64,000 bases of DNA from a virus. Its lineage: Duplodnaviria > Caudoviricetes. The position numbers were made by a program, and so were the translations under genes. Under the pieces are notes generated by a model. That model was not told the origin of the DNA and did not search any database. It saw nothing but the letters and a program-made list of their open reading frames with translations. Positions within the stretch are counted from its first letter, which is position 1; each line of letters starts with the position of its first letter. The stretch is from positions 4,355-68,354 of the IMG/VR virus record IMGVR_UViG_3300037461_001731; one strand, 5' to 3'. Shown here piece after piece: positions 28,901 to 38,246 of this stretch.

Positions 28901-29055
28901 AAAAAGTAGAAGCTGCTACTCCAGAGCAAGTTCCCGCTCTTAAATCACAAATTTTTCTGGAGAGAGTGATAAAAGAAGTAGGGTTGCCAGTTTCACAAGT
29001 TAGAGAGATATTTGGTTTATCAAAAGACAAAGGTTTTAGTTCACTTTTTAGGTAA
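25975..29055 (+). CDS. large modular acidic protein, putative virion/head-internal polyprotein
   Basis: 1026 aa, three NPxLAD repeats, DNPWAVAWS motif, DEAAAEYW module, Pro/Gln-rich linkers. Confidence 0.6.
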   Translation: MYKTEKEIKEALLREEEVTVNGCIIRVNASDEVELFNKKGEGLCTSLLFLDRAVNDFVKMAGIIPDKIPSVKKEVKSPSLKKVLGPDSSLNPIKTPKVITNPKPSGEFSDTDLGEDSSTKEPWKDPSINKHPEKQTEMSDPDFGPEFLQTSAKWSYVDPENKAIVEKILMEDDLEALDLFMEYHNVDIADVYDQAYALGAENILSYLDSNIKAAGNNIEKNQRSSVSGSNSKKIIDTFDEGYALGSGKYIELKRASISENLLEDILDFERWEAARSLEALDQFVEEESVVDDEKMSEDFIGPGFIGPGAPGVQAVTPPGMEDVVLDLKKNKDIDNPWAVAWSIYNKKKDKKSYKIANQYVQFLLDNPALADKVLAEVGNMDDASAAQYLLEELLNQESDYDSINSFAEAFGVYKSEKSVESGDYFRFLIDNPALADKAISESGGSQNEYENAHYLMESILNEPINDEKLEGYAQAFRDYKARSASKKISFSIKLAALKVSEEENAYIEFIKQNPFLADQAFRFSDSIVSDPEADYQFYLDEAARYLIEEILKQQVDDELLGDVKEAIMPYASNPERDKTVVQAPRPKIDFTDDGVNPFSETVVQEAPSSDETRVIKHTSNKTAGPSIKEQWGDYTRDLEAESAEELYHLVRSFGLEDEYDWSSFRPKLNEEVTPDQVPGGESPVTTGEPAQYAENPDENMVASVKKAVDEAAAEYWKKYYSEVGDYGKKMVEKVKVDREVKKDKEDKDLGKEAQAVPPAEDPAGVGKPAPAVPPKPALPATPGAPLPPVKPSPQSGDDGLKTLGWSEEEILNMSPQDKQNILKIQLRKPSSGAAVPPPSSAPSSAPLPDPTIPKPVANRVLKQEGERSKAVKAFDLLFINEAAVLTEEKVAQQAIKPTPQRQAPAPAPQQAPAPQQHAPAPQQAPAPQQHAPAPQQAPAPQQQAPSPQQDQSGAVGPDEQSPESQVMSIYNEIMSQKVEAATPEQVPALKSQIFLERVIKEVGLPVSQVREIFGLSKDKGFSSLFR
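28681..28810 (+). repeat. GC-rich tandem repeat encoding (APQQAP/APQQHAP)n
   Basis: Alternating GCTCCGCAGCAAGCGCCA and GCTCCGCAGCAGCACGCGCCA units. Confidence 0.9.
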
Positions 29056-29067
29056 TAAGGGGTTATT

Positions 29068-29508
29068 ATGTCAGAAAAATTGGTAGTAATTAATAAGACT
29101 AAACAAGTGCTTTCTCTGAGGATTCAGTCTAATTTAGACGAAGAACAACTTAAAAGAATTGCTAGGCATAAGGAAAGGCGTGTTAGGAAGGCGGCTTTTA
29201 AGATTGTTACGCTAAAACCGAACACCCCTTTAGATTTAGTTAGATTTTTAGGGTTTTCTGTAGAAGAAATTAAAAATAACGTTGTGTTTGCAGACTTATT
29301 CAATAAAAAAGCTGTATCCATTGTTGAGGAAATTTCTGATATTGAAAAAGAAAAAGACCTAGTTGAAAAAGTTGAAGAAATTCCAAAAGAAGATGTATTA
29401 GAAGATGCAGCAGAAGAAGTAGATGAGGATACAGAGGATCTTGTGGAAGAAATTGATGGTCACGTTGTATCTAAAAAAGGTAGACCTAAGAAGAAAAAAA
29501 TAATGTAG
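29068..29508 (+). CDS. hypothetical protein with acidic and basic tail
   Basis: 146-aa ORF ending KKGRPKKKKIM. Confidence 0.55.
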   Translation: MSEKLVVINKTKQVLSLRIQSNLDEEQLKRIARHKERRVRKAAFKIVTLKPNTPLDLVRFLGFSVEEIKNNVVFADLFNKKAVSIVEEISDIEKEKDLVEKVEEIPKEDVLEDAAEEVDEDTEDLVEEIDGHVVSKKGRPKKKKIM

Positions 29509-29517
29509 GCAGACTAA

Positions 29518-30123
29518 ATGTTAGTAAAAGTACATGATTCGTATAAATATTTAGAAGATTTTGGTTTGTTAGAAAAAGATACTGTTTTTTTATATGATAG
29601 TGGCCCTATTCATAAAAATAAAGTTAATACGTCAGCGGTTTCGCATGTTAATGTTTTGTGGATGGATAGACCTATAAAAATTAAATGTTTTGTTGCAGAC
29701 TCTGAAAATAAAAAAAGAGAGGGGCTACAAAAATATTCAGTATTAGAGAGAAATTGTGGAATGTATTTTCCTTATGTACCATATTCTTCTGTTAGTTTTT
29801 TTCAGGGGTCAGTTTTGTACCCATTGGATGTTATATTTTTAAAAGATGAATATATTTCAAAAATAGAGAAAAAAACAAAAGTTGGAGCATTAGATGTTTG
29901 GAGCGAACAAGAATGTTCCGGGGTTATTGAAGTAAATGGCGGCTTTTGCGATCTGTATGATGTAAAAGTTGGTGATAGATTGGTGTTATTAGCTGTTTCT
30001 GAGGCTGACCTGCTAGAAAGAGAGCAAGAGCTTAACGAAAAAGAATTGTCAAATAAAAATGATGCTTTTTACTATAAGAATAATGTACTACATTTAATTT
30101 CTAAGATCGCGGATAATCTATAA
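29518..30123 (+). CDS. DUF192-domain protein
   Basis: GL...GMYF...YPLDVIFL...VIEVNGG...VGDRL. Confidence 0.75.
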   Translation: MLVKVHDSYKYLEDFGLLEKDTVFLYDSGPIHKNKVNTSAVSHVNVLWMDRPIKIKCFVADSENKKREGLQKYSVLERNCGMYFPYVPYSSVSFFQGSVLYPLDVIFLKDEYISKIEKKTKVGALDVWSEQECSGVIEVNGGFCDLYDVKVGDRLVLLAVSEADLLEREQELNEKELSNKNDAFYYKNNVLHLISKIADNL

Positions 30124-30124
30124 A

Positions 30125-30484
30125 ATGTCAGAAGAATTAAAAGATTTGTATCCATATAGAATTTTTGCTATTGGAGGTCATGTGCATTCTGTATATGTAC
30201 CTTTTGAGAGTATTGAAGATTTTCTTGATGAGATCGCAGTTTTGTCAAATGAAGAAAAATGTCTTTTTGCAGTTTACTTAAGTAAAGATAACAATATTGT
30301 TGAGATCGGAATTGTCGCTAGTTGTATAACTGGGGTAGATCGGCCTAATAATACGTCTTCAATAAAGTTAGAAGAAGTAAAAGACAAAATAAAACAATCA
30401 AGAATTAGAAATACTACAAAAAAACAAGAAGTTAGGAAATTTTCGGAATTAAGCTACGGGGAAAGAAAAATTAGAAGAGGTTAA
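30125..30484 (+). CDS. hypothetical protein
   Basis: 119-aa coupled ORF. Confidence 0.5.
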   Translation: MSEELKDLYPYRIFAIGGHVHSVYVPFESIEDFLDEIAVLSNEEKCLFAVYLSKDNNIVEIGIVASCITGVDRPNNTSSIKLEEVKDKIKQSRIRNTTKKQEVRKFSELSYGERKIRRG

Positions 30485-30487
30485 AAG

Positions 30488-31627
30488 ATGGCTAATTTTG
30501 ATGAACTTATAAATGACGATAAGGTTTCTAAACATCCTCTTTTATCAGGATATAAGAACTTTTTAAAATTTAAAGATAATATGAAAAAGTATACGAAACT
30601 TTTTGAAGAAAGAAAAAAAGCCGGTCAATTTGGTAAATTATTTAGCGATAAGCCTGAGGAAGATAAAAGTGTAAGAGCTATGGTTTTTGAAGCGTCTTGC
30701 GTTTTAAATGACGTTTTTTCTCAATTTAATTTGCCCGTTTTTCCAAAAATATCTTTTATAAATACTAAAGACATTAAATACGCAAAGTATAAAGAAAATT
30801 CTGTAGTTTCTGGCGGTATTATTTTTAATGTTGAATTTACATCTGCCTCGGGCTTAAGAACTGCTGCAGTTGTAACCGTTCCGGTGTATAAAGGTGACAT
30901 AGAGCTTCCATCAGTTATGGAAGTTAATGGAAGGTTGTATGTTATCGCTCAAAAGTCTCTTGATGAAATACTGGAGAGGGTAACGTCTTATTCTCTTCCT
31001 AAGTTATCTCCAAACTGGTCAACTCCGCCTAAAAGCAGGGAAGAAAGAGAACTAATGGTATCATTGAGAAATGAAACTGGTTATGTTCCTGAAAAATTGG
31101 TGCCAAAATATTCTGCTAAAAAAATACCAAAAGATTTTGATAAAGTTATAAAAATGATGGAGGATGCTGAAAAGAGCGGAGAAGATAGTTTCCCAAGACC
31201 ATATATCTATTTGTTGAGAAATTATGTATTAGAGCATGTAAATGTTGCTGAGCAAGATGCGTGGATGCCCCACTTGATTAATCTAGGGTTTTGTATTAAT
31301 CCTTATGGTGTTAACGTAAGGAAGAAAAAGTCTCAAGAAATTCACGAAGATTTAGTAGAAGAACTAGGGGAACCTTCTGAAGAAAGTTCTGAGGAAAAAG
31401 GGCTTGTTGATCTGCTCAGAAAATGTTATCCTGGGACTAAAACTCCTATAGAAGTTTCTGATCCTGTTAGGTTTAAGGATACTAGAGGTGACGGCATTAA
31501 GGGTGTGATTGTAGACCTTGATATTGAAAATGATTTTTTAATTATTAAGTCAAAAGGGATGGAATATCGTATAAAAGTAGAGGATATTGAGCCGTTACCC
31601 TCCACGTTTAAAAAAATGTATCTTTAG
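30488..31627 (+). CDS. hypothetical protein (putative virion cluster)
   Basis: 379-aa ORF with an SH3/KOW-like C-terminus (VRFKDTRGDGIKGVIV). Confidence 0.55.
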   Translation: MANFDELINDDKVSKHPLLSGYKNFLKFKDNMKKYTKLFEERKKAGQFGKLFSDKPEEDKSVRAMVFEASCVLNDVFSQFNLPVFPKISFINTKDIKYAKYKENSVVSGGIIFNVEFTSASGLRTAAVVTVPVYKGDIELPSVMEVNGRLYVIAQKSLDEILERVTSYSLPKLSPNWSTPPKSREERELMVSLRNETGYVPEKLVPKYSAKKIPKDFDKVIKMMEDAEKSGEDSFPRPYIYLLRNYVLEHVNVAEQDAWMPHLINLGFCINPYGVNVRKKKSQEIHEDLVEELGEPSEESSEEKGLVDLLRKCYPGTKTPIEVSDPVRFKDTRGDGIKGVIVDLDIENDFLIIKSKGMEYRIKVEDIEPLPSTFKKMYL

Positions 31628-31637
31628 AGGTAATCTT

Positions 31638-32528
31638 ATGGAAAAAGATATTGATTTTACCTATGATAAAGTTATTGAGTTAATGGTTCAAGGGTTTAAA
31701 GTTGACATTGAGCCTTCAAAAATAAGTCCTGATTATTTACAAGTTTCTTTATATGAAAAAGGGGAAAAAGTTTTTATGTGTAATGTAAAGAAAGTGCCCG
31801 AGGATACTGAAAATTTGATGCTAGAAACTGTAGCAAAAGCAGCTATTGATTTTTTCGAAGTTAATAGAGGGTCGCTAGGTCAAGGAGCTAAAATGAGTCC
31901 TAAAATAAATAGACGAGCTTGTTTAGTAGATAAAGATAACGAAAAATGGTTTATGAGTTTTAAAGGGACTGCATTTGAAGAAATGGCAGAAAACCTTTTA
32001 GTGCAATTGTATGATCTTCAGTTTAATAAAGAGTCTTTAAAATATAAATCTTTAGAGAATTTAAGAGAATTAACAGTAATTGAGTATGAGCTTCGCCTTC
32101 TGGACCTAAAAAGAATGCGGGATCTTTCTGTCGGAACCAATGTAATTATTGTTGAAGCTGGAAAAAAAGGTTGTTTTACTTATGCTAATGCTTCATATCT
32201 TAAGGAGTTTATTAATAAATTTGCAGGTAGTCCTTTGGAACAAGAAGTCATTAAAAAAATGAATAGATATCTGGAGATTTTTGACATTATTGAAGATGAT
32301 AGTCGTGAAGTTACCAGAATAGACTATGAGATAAAGAGTATTCAAGAACAAATGGACAGTCTTTCGCTGGAAGCCTTACAACAAAATGTTTTAAAGAAGC
32401 TTCCTGTTTCAAATATGGATTTATTTCCTGAAATGGTTGATGATATTGCTGAGTTAATGGATGGGGTTGAGATGGAAGACCCTCTTATTCCAATGGAAGA
32501 TATGTTCTCACCGAAGGCTACTAAATAG
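31638..32528 (+). CDS. hypothetical protein
   Basis: ATG after GAGG. Confidence 0.55.
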   Translation: MEKDIDFTYDKVIELMVQGFKVDIEPSKISPDYLQVSLYEKGEKVFMCNVKKVPEDTENLMLETVAKAAIDFFEVNRGSLGQGAKMSPKINRRACLVDKDNEKWFMSFKGTAFEEMAENLLVQLYDLQFNKESLKYKSLENLRELTVIEYELRLLDLKRMRDLSVGTNVIIVEAGKKGCFTYANASYLKEFINKFAGSPLEQEVIKKMNRYLEIFDIIEDDSREVTRIDYEIKSIQEQMDSLSLEALQQNVLKKLPVSNMDLFPEMVDDIAELMDGVEMEDPLIPMEDMFSPKATK

Positions 32529-32727
32529 CCTGTACTAGATATCTTTTGATGTCTAAACACCCAAAATATAACTTTTGTTAAGCTTAATTAGTTATTTAAA
32601 GGCTTTGTAGTCTTTTTGTAATAATTTTTTTAGCTTGACTTTTAATGTAGGATTTTGTATTATTTATATAAGAGTGTTTGTTAAGGTATTAAAATATTAA
32701 GCTTTTTATATAAAATAAATTTTTTGA

Positions 32728-32756
32728 TTGACAAGTAGTCTGAGTTATGGTAGTCT
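32728..32756 (+). promoter_or_regulatory. sigma70-type promoter of the RNR gene
   Basis: TTGACA-17 bp-TAGTCT with extended -10 TG. Confidence 0.6.
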
Positions 32757-32792
32757 TTAAAAGATCTTAGGCTTTGTTAGTTGGAGGTTGTT

Positions 32793-35700
32793 TTGAAAAC
32801 TAGAAAAGTAGATGTGGAAATAAAAGATCAAACATCTGGAGATATAATCTTTTATAAAAGTGGTTTTGAAGTTCCTGAAGCATGGTCTGATAGGGCGGCG
32901 ACAATAGTTGCATCAAAATATGCTTTTTCTAATGAAAATAGTGCGTTAAGTGTACTAACCCGTGTAGTTTCAACTATAGAGCGTTGGGGTCTAGAGCAGG
33001 GTTATTTTTCTTCAGATATGGAGGCTTCAAATTTTTCGGATGACCTTTTTTATGCTTTAGTTGACCAAAGGGTTGCATTTAACTCTCCCGTATATATGAA
33101 TTTGGGTAATAATGTACAGGAGCAGGTGTCAGCTTGTTATATTTTATCTTTGGAGGATACTTTATGTGACATTTTGGAATATAGTAAAAAGATTGGAATG
33201 ATTTTTAAGAACGGTTCTGGAGTTGGCGTAAATGCGAGTAAACTAAGAGGTAATGGCGAGAATTTATCTAATAAAGGCAAGTCTTCAGGTGTGTGTAGCT
33301 TTATGAAGATATGGGATATAGTTGGTGGGGCTATAAAAAGCGGCGGACGCACTAGAAGAAGTGCAGCTATGGTTATTTTAGAGGCGGATCATCCAGACAT
33401 TGAGGAATTTATTGAGTGTAAATATAAAGAAGATCAAAAGGCAAAGATTTTAATAAAAAATGGTATTTCTCCAGAAGAGGCTATAGCAACTGTAGCATAT
33501 CAAAACGCAAATCATTCAGTACGGGTATCTGATAAATTTATGAAAGCTGTTGAGAATGATTTGGACTGGGATTTGATTAATCGTGGAGATGGAAAAGTAT
33601 CTAAAACTATAAAAGCTAGAAAATTATTTAATAAAATAGCAGAAATAGCCTGGCATACAGGAGATCCAGGAATTCAGTTTAATGACAGAATGAATGAGGA
33701 TAATCCTGTACCTTCATTGGGGCCACTTAGGGCAACAAACCCTTGTTTCGTTGGGAGTATGCGGCTTTTGACAGATCAAGGTTATATAAAATTTAGAGAT
33801 CTTGTCGGTAAGGATTTTGATGTTTATAGTCCTGTAGATGGAAAATTTAGATCTAGTAAAGTATGGAGTAATGGTTATAAAAATGCAATTAAAATAAATT
33901 TTAGTAAAACAAATATTTCACCTATTTTGTGCACAGAAGATCATGTTTTTATGACAGTAGATGGTGAGAAGTTAGAGGCTAAGGATTTAGTCAATAAAAA
34001 AATTATGCCGTCATTTAAGCCCAAAAAATTTGGAAATAGTGTTGATAAACTTTTTTTAAGATATTTTAATCCTGCGTCTAATAGTTATGATTATGCTGCT
34101 TTGCAGTATTATTTTGGAAATTATAAAAATTATAAAGATGTTGACGATTTAGCTTGTGTTTTATTTACGACTAACGGATTTGTTAATAGTGATGGGTTAC
34201 ATTTTTATTATAAAGATCCTTTTTTTGGTCCGGTTTTTTACGATTTTTTAAGAGACAAGTACGGTATAGATTCGTTTTTTAATACGGTGGAAGAAAGTAT
34301 TGATATTTATAAATGGGAAGATATAATTAAGTTTTTTGAGAATATAAATTTCCTGAAGGCTCATCAAAGGAAGTCTTTGTTAGGTTATTTATTAAAAATA
34401 ACTCCTAAAGTTGATAGCATTGAGGTAGAAGGGGTTAGAGAGGTTTTTGATTTTGTTGAACCGAAATATCATTGGGGTGTTGTTGAAAATTTTGTTGCAC
34501 ATAATTGTAGTGAATTAAGTGCGGTTGATAATTCTTCTTGTAATCTTGCTTCGCTAAATCTTATTAAGTATTGGAGCGGAGAAAATTTTGATTGGGCGGC
34601 ATTTAAAAAGGATGTTCAGTTATTGGTTCTATCTCAAGATATTATGATCGATAAGGCGTTTTACCCTATAGAACAAATAAAAGAGCGTACAATTGAGACC
34701 AGACCTATCGGGATAGGTTATACTAATTTGGGGGGGTTATTGGTTAGTATGGGAGTTGCTTATGGGTCAAAAGCTGCTATAGATTTTGTTTCTAATTTAA
34801 CTAAAAAAATGACAACATATGCTTGTGAAATGAGCATATCACTGAGTGAAAAGTATGGTTCTTTTAAGGCATTTTTTGGTAATGAAGAGGCTGTTGCAGG
34901 AGTTTATGGAAAACTTACTGAAAGTTCAGAAATACATGAGTTGATAAAACGGTTTGGTGTTAGAAATTCTCAATTAACGCTTTTAGCGCCTACTGGAACA
35001 ATCGCTATGATGATGGATTGTGACACTACTGGTATTGAGCCTTATTTTAGCTTAGAAACAGTAAAAACTCTAGCTGGAGGGGGAGTAATGCTTCTTCCAG
35101 CATCTTTGGTTGAGAAAAAGCTAAAAGAAAAGGGATTTAACCCATTGCGTGGTAGTATGCAAGAGTTCATTAAAAAGCTGCCAGATACTAGCGTGTATAA
35201 AACAGCTAATGAGATACCATGGCGCGAGCATATTGAAATGATGGCTGCTGCTCAAAAACATTTAAACGGTAGTATTTCGAAAACTGTTAATTTTACCAGT
35301 ACTTGTACGGTGCAAGATATAGAAAGTGCTTATTATTACGCTTGGCAATTAGGTATAAAGGCATTGGCTGTGTACAGGGATGGAAGTAAGTGCTTGCAAC
35401 CACTAACTTCCAAAAATGTTAAAGAAGATATTAATGATAAAATTTCTGAGAAAGAGGATAAAGTAGTTGCAGTTAGAAGGAAATTGCCAGATGTTAGTGA
35501 ATCAATTAGGCACAAATTTTGTATAGGTGGGTTTAAAGGTTATTTCCACATTAGTCTTTACAAGGATGGGTCTGTGGGGGAAGTATTTATTTCTGCGTCC
35601 AAAGCCGGATCTACTATGCGAGGGTTGTTAGATTCATATGCTACAGCCATATCGTATGCTTTACAGTATGGGGTACCTTTAGAAAAATTAGCGGAATGTT

Positions 35701-35972
35701 TTAAGGATGTAAAATTTGAACCTGCGGGTCTTACTCAGGATAAAGATATAAGAATGTGTTCATCAATTATTGACTATCTTTTCAGGTGGTTAGAGTTGAA
35801 GTTTTTGGATAAAAAGAATAAGATAGTTCAATCCGAAGATAATACCAAAAGTTTTGAAGATAATTTTTCATTAAGTGGACCTCCATGTTTTTCATGTGGC
35901 GGTATGACACAAAAAAGTGGAACATGTTTTGTATGTTTTGTTTGTGGGTCTTCTACAGGATGCGCGGGATGA
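32793..35972 (+). CDS. nrdJ: class II (B12-dependent) ribonucleotide reductase with TSCPD domain, interrupted by an intein
   Basis: FNSPV..N, SACYI, GGRTRRSA, NP/CSE split by the intein, LAPTGTI, ISKTVN, C-terminal TSCPD domain and Zn ribbon; TTG 32793 follows GGAGG. Confidence 0.93.
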   Translation: MKTRKVDVEIKDQTSGDIIFYKSGFEVPEAWSDRAATIVASKYAFSNENSALSVLTRVVSTIERWGLEQGYFSSDMEASNFSDDLFYALVDQRVAFNSPVYMNLGNNVQEQVSACYILSLEDTLCDILEYSKKIGMIFKNGSGVGVNASKLRGNGENLSNKGKSSGVCSFMKIWDIVGGAIKSGGRTRRSAAMVILEADHPDIEEFIECKYKEDQKAKILIKNGISPEEAIATVAYQNANHSVRVSDKFMKAVENDLDWDLINRGDGKVSKTIKARKLFNKIAEIAWHTGDPGIQFNDRMNEDNPVPSLGPLRATNPCFVGSMRLLTDQGYIKFRDLVGKDFDVYSPVDGKFRSSKVWSNGYKNAIKINFSKTNISPILCTEDHVFMTVDGEKLEAKDLVNKKIMPSFKPKKFGNSVDKLFLRYFNPASNSYDYAALQYYFGNYKNYKDVDDLACVLFTTNGFVNSDGLHFYYKDPFFGPVFYDFLRDKYGIDSFFNTVEESIDIYKWEDIIKFFENINFLKAHQRKSLLGYLLKITPKVDSIEVEGVREVFDFVEPKYHWGVVENFVAHNCSELSAVDNSSCNLASLNLIKYWSGENFDWAAFKKDVQLLVLSQDIMIDKAFYPIEQIKERTIETRPIGIGYTNLGGLLVSMGVAYGSKAAIDFVSNLTKKMTTYACEMSISLSEKYGSFKAFFGNEEAVAGVYGKLTESSEIHELIKRFGVRNSQLTLLAPTGTIAMMMDCDTTGIEPYFSLETVKTLAGGGVMLLPASLVEKKLKEKGFNPLRGSMQEFIKKLPDTSVYKTANEIPWREHIEMMAAAQKHLNGSISKTVNFTSTCTVQDIESAYYYAWQLGIKALAVYRDGSKCLQPLTSKNVKEDINDKISEKEDKVVAVRRKLPDVSESIRHKFCIGGFKGYFHISLYKDGSVGEVFISASKAGSTMRGLLDSYATAISYALQYGVPLEKLAECFKDVKFEPAGLTQDKDIRMCSSIIDYLFRWLELKFLDKKNKIVQSEDNTKSFEDNFSLSGPPCFSCGGMTQKSGTCFVCFVCGSSTGCAG
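33744..34505 (+). mobile_element. intein, 254 aa, with degenerate LAGLIDADG remnant
   Basis: Starts CFVGSMRLLT, ends FVAHN before +1 Cys, inserted in the catalytic NP|CxE motif. Confidence 0.9.
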
Positions 35973-36037
35973 TGGCATAAGCGCTGTAAAAATGCATGCT
36001 AAACTAAATAAGTTTATCGTGTAAAAAGGAGTTTATC

Positions 36038-36658
36038 ATGGCGGATTATTTTGAGATTTTTAAAAGGCAGGCACAAAAAAAATATCCAAAATTAAAAATA
36101 AGAAGTAAGCAAGATCATTTTTTTTGGAAACGCATGCCTTCAGGTTTAAAATATAGTGGTATAACACTGGGAAATACTATTTGGCTGCCTAAAGAGCATA
36201 CTAATGTTGGTATGTTGGCTCACGAAGTAATGCATTATGAAGACATAAAAAGATATGGGTTTATTAATTTTTATTTATTGTACCTTTTTCCGCAGTCATT
36301 GTTTTTTATATTTTTTCCGTTATTTTTGTTATTTCTTGTGCTTAGTAATACTGTTATGTTTTCTATTTTTTTAGTATTATCTATAATTTCATTATTGCCA
36401 TTACCTTCTTACACTAGGGCTTGGCTAGAACTTCGCGGCTACAAAATTAGTTTGTATGCGTTAATGAAGCGTGGTTTTGATATAGGTGAATATGAAGATT
36501 ATCTTATTGGTGTTTTAACTGGGTTTTTTTATTATAAAATGGTATGGAATAAAGATAAGGCTAAGGCAATGGTTTATAAAGTTATGAAAGATATAAAAAA
36601 CGAAGAGATAGACGGTGAGACTTTTAAAGATTTAAAGTCCATCATTGAAAAATATTGA
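36038..36658 (+). CDS. membrane-associated HExxH protein
   Basis: LAHEVMH followed by a long hydrophobic segment. Confidence 0.6.
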   Translation: MADYFEIFKRQAQKKYPKLKIRSKQDHFFWKRMPSGLKYSGITLGNTIWLPKEHTNVGMLAHEVMHYEDIKRYGFINFYLLYLFPQSLFFIFFPLFLLFLVLSNTVMFSIFLVLSIISLLPLPSYTRAWLELRGYKISLYALMKRGFDIGEYEDYLIGVLTGFFYYKMVWNKDKAKAMVYKVMKDIKNEEIDGETFKDLKSIIEKY

Positions 36659-36667
36659 GGTATTTTT

Positions 36668-37195
36668 ATGGGATTGAGTAGTTCATACAAGCAAAAAAAT
36701 TATATGGGGGAATATGCGGATGACGCAAGTGTTTTGACCTTCATTAGGGCTAATAAATGGGATAGTGTAGGAAATGGTACTGGAGATCCAAGAGAAGGAA
36801 TGTTGTATTATAATACAGCTATAGATACTCTAAAAGTATATGCTAACGGATCTTGGAATATTTTGCTCAATACTGGGTATGTTAGTGGGTCCAATATAAA
36901 AACTGGAGTATCTGAAATAACTGGGACGTCTATAGACTGGCCAATTGCTCAATATCATTATAAAAGTATTACAAATAATACAGCACTTACTTTTTCTAAT
37001 GACGATAACGGTTATCAGATAACTACAATAATTACTAATACAGGTGCGGCTAAATATGATGTTACTTTTCCTGCTGGGATAAAATGGCCCGGAGGCACAC
37101 CATTTACTAAAGTTACTAGTGGTAGATCAAATATTTATACGTTTGTAAAAGTTAATAATGTAATTTATGGGACATACATTATTGATTTATTTTAA
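36668..37195 (+). CDS. putative tail/fibre-associated structural protein
   Basis: GMLYYNT..LKVY.NGSW motif and TFPAGIKWPGG beta-rich domain typical of phage tail proteins. Confidence 0.55.
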   Translation: MGLSSSYKQKNYMGEYADDASVLTFIRANKWDSVGNGTGDPREGMLYYNTAIDTLKVYANGSWNILLNTGYVSGSNIKTGVSEITGTSIDWPIAQYHYKSITNNTALTFSNDDNGYQITTIITNTGAAKYDVTFPAGIKWPGGTPFTKVTSGRSNIYTFVKVNNVIYGTYIIDLF

Positions 37196-37264
37196 GTAGT
37201 TTATAATTGGTACATATTTTTACTAGAAATTAGGTATCGGTGATACTTTATAAGAGGCTTAAAA

Positions 37265-37993
37265 ATGGCAAAGTTTCCGGTGGCTTTTTGTCAATGTTGC
37301 TTGCAAAATGCTAATGACCTAGACTGTAAATTGTTAGTAAATGCTACAGATTTGGAAAATGAAATAGATTTTTATGATACTTCTAAGGGCGGTTCTTCGC
37401 ATTCTATTAGTAACAATAACGGTGTTATAGAAAGTATTTCTCAAAATAAATTTGAAGATACCTCTATATATTTTGATGGTGCATGTAATTTATCTATAGA
37501 TAATTCTTCCGATTTTAATTTTGGTACAGATGATTTTAATCTAGATTTTTGGTTTTATAATTCAGAATCCTCTGTATTTGACTCTGTTTTTACTGGGTGG
37601 TCCGGTTTGTTGGGTACAAATAAGAGCGTGCTAGGTATAAAAACTGGAGGTATTGTGTATGTAGATATTTTAGATTTTGGTGTGGATAGTTTTGCGTATG
37701 AATCGGAAAATGATTATCGTAACGGTTGGCATTTGTTAACATTAGAGAGGGTTGATGGTAATCTAAAATTTTATATTGATGATGTCTTATTATACTCTAA
37801 AGAAGTTGATTTAAGTATGAATGTTTCATTTAATCCAAATAATAATAAGGATTTTACGATGGGGTGTCAAAAAGATTCTGTGTTAGGATTAAATAGTAAA
37901 TATTATACAGGTTATTTAGATTCTTTTAGAGTTTCAAAAGGGACAGCTAGAAGAAAGTATTGTGCGTTTATGATGCCCTTTAATAGGTATTAA
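37265..37993 (+). CDS. LamG/concanavalin A-like domain virion protein
   Basis: DFNFGTDDFNLDFW, WHLLTLER, GYLDSFRVSKGTAR. Confidence 0.8.
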   Translation: MAKFPVAFCQCCLQNANDLDCKLLVNATDLENEIDFYDTSKGGSSHSISNNNGVIESISQNKFEDTSIYFDGACNLSIDNSSDFNFGTDDFNLDFWFYNSESSVFDSVFTGWSGLLGTNKSVLGIKTGGIVYVDILDFGVDSFAYESENDYRNGWHLLTLERVDGNLKFYIDDVLLYSKEVDLSMNVSFNPNNNKDFTMGCQKDSVLGLNSKYYTGYLDSFRVSKGTARRKYCAFMMPFNRY

Positions 37994-38018
37994 TTATGTT
38001 ATTTTTAGGAGTATTTTT

Positions 38019-38234
38019 ATGACTTGTTCAGTCGCATTAGCGAAAAATAATAAACTTTTAATAATTTCCAGGCATTTAGACAAAAAGAATGCTGAAAAAA
38101 TGGTTCAGTTTAGACATAAAAAAGGATTAAAAAATTGGAAGTATGCTGCTGTTTATGTAAAAAGTTTTAAAGCTACTAACGATAAACATATGTATTTTTC
38201 TTTATGGGGGAAATTTGAAAAAGGGGAAAGTTAA
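38019..38234 (+). CDS. small hypothetical protein
   Basis: 71 aa, AGGAG RBS. Confidence 0.5.
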   Translation: MTCSVALAKNNKLLIISRHLDKKNAEKMVQFRHKKGLKNWKYAAVYVKSFKATNDKHMYFSLWGKFEKGES

Positions 38235-38246
38235 AAAGAGGAGATC

